Assembly (NCBI GenBank): GCA_963711835.1 | Contig: CAVQFQ010000007.1 | Coordinates: forward strand, 1 to 64,000 | DNA: 64,000 nt | Direction: 5' to 3' | Origin: an uncultured delta proteobacterium | Lineage (GTDB): Bacteria; Desulfobacterota; RBG-13-43-22 | Shown here: positions 63,780 to 64,000 of the stretch, piece after piece | Layout of the letters: the number at the start of each line of letters is the position of its first letter | Position numbering within the stretch: the first letter of the stretch is position 1 | Notes under the pieces: generated by a model | The model's database searches: none | What the model was told of the DNA's origin: nothing | Seen by the model: the letters and a program-made list of their open reading frames with translations, nothing else | Position numbers and translations under genes: made by a program

Positions 63780-64000
63780 TTATTCCACGATTCCAAAAAG
63801 ATGGGTTTTGACTTCGGGGTGCTCCATGATCGCTTCCGGTTTCCCTTCGGCCAACAACCGGCCTTCGTGCATAACCAGAACCCGGTCCGAGTAGCCGGCC
63901 ACAATATCCATATCATGCTCAATGATCATGGTCGAGACGCGTTCCTTTTTGATTACCTCCATGATGGCGTCCATGACTTTGAACTTGTCCTGAGTGGCCA
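63780..64000 (-). CDS. livG: ABC transporter ATP-binding subunit (LivG-like), C-terminal part
   Basis: IIEHDMDIV...VLVMHEGRLLAEGKP; runs off the window edge. Confidence 0.82.
   Translation of the reverse strand, partial: ATQDKFKVMDAIMEVIKKERVSTMIIEHDMDIVAGYSDRVLVMHEGRLLAEGKPEAIMEHPEVKTHLFGIVE

Overview
The window joins two unrelated sequences at about 8.85 kb. Bases 1-~8850 are very GC-rich and contain many apparent frameshifts. They encode a surface-polysaccharide cluster (two GT2 glycosyltransferases, a DegT aminotransferase, fcl, two gmd copies, a VanZ-like protein, a UDP-sugar dehydrogenase) interrupted by toxin-antitoxin remnants. From ~8850 to 64000 the sequence is moderate-GC housekeeping DNA that resembles an anaerobic Desulfobacterota/deltaproteobacterium (an inference from gene content). 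It carries a truncated NtrY-like kinase, lpxC with a sigma-54 promoter, mltA, tig-clpP-clpX-lon-HU, tRNA-Leu(TAG), purA, htpX, clpB, menA-ruvX-mltG, a kinase/sigma-54 regulator/TPR cluster, yhaM, cobA-hemD, hemC, gmhA, greA, emrAB, vapBC and an aldehyde/alcohol oxidation locus. The most notable observations are: (i) a 950-aa in-frame fusion of aldehyde:ferredoxin oxidoreductase to an iron alcohol dehydrogenase, beside stand-alone AOR and ADH genes; (ii) an unannotated ~190-nt rod-like RNA structure with its own promoter upstream of htpX; (iii) a plsC / B12-radical-SAM / split PlsA-PlsR-like operon that may make or modify ether lipids; (iv) a family of nested inverted-repeat elements; (v) heptad-periodic intergenic repeats; and (vi) a Tat-exported V4R-like protein behind a putative attenuator. 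All calls come from reading motifs by eye; no database searches were run.
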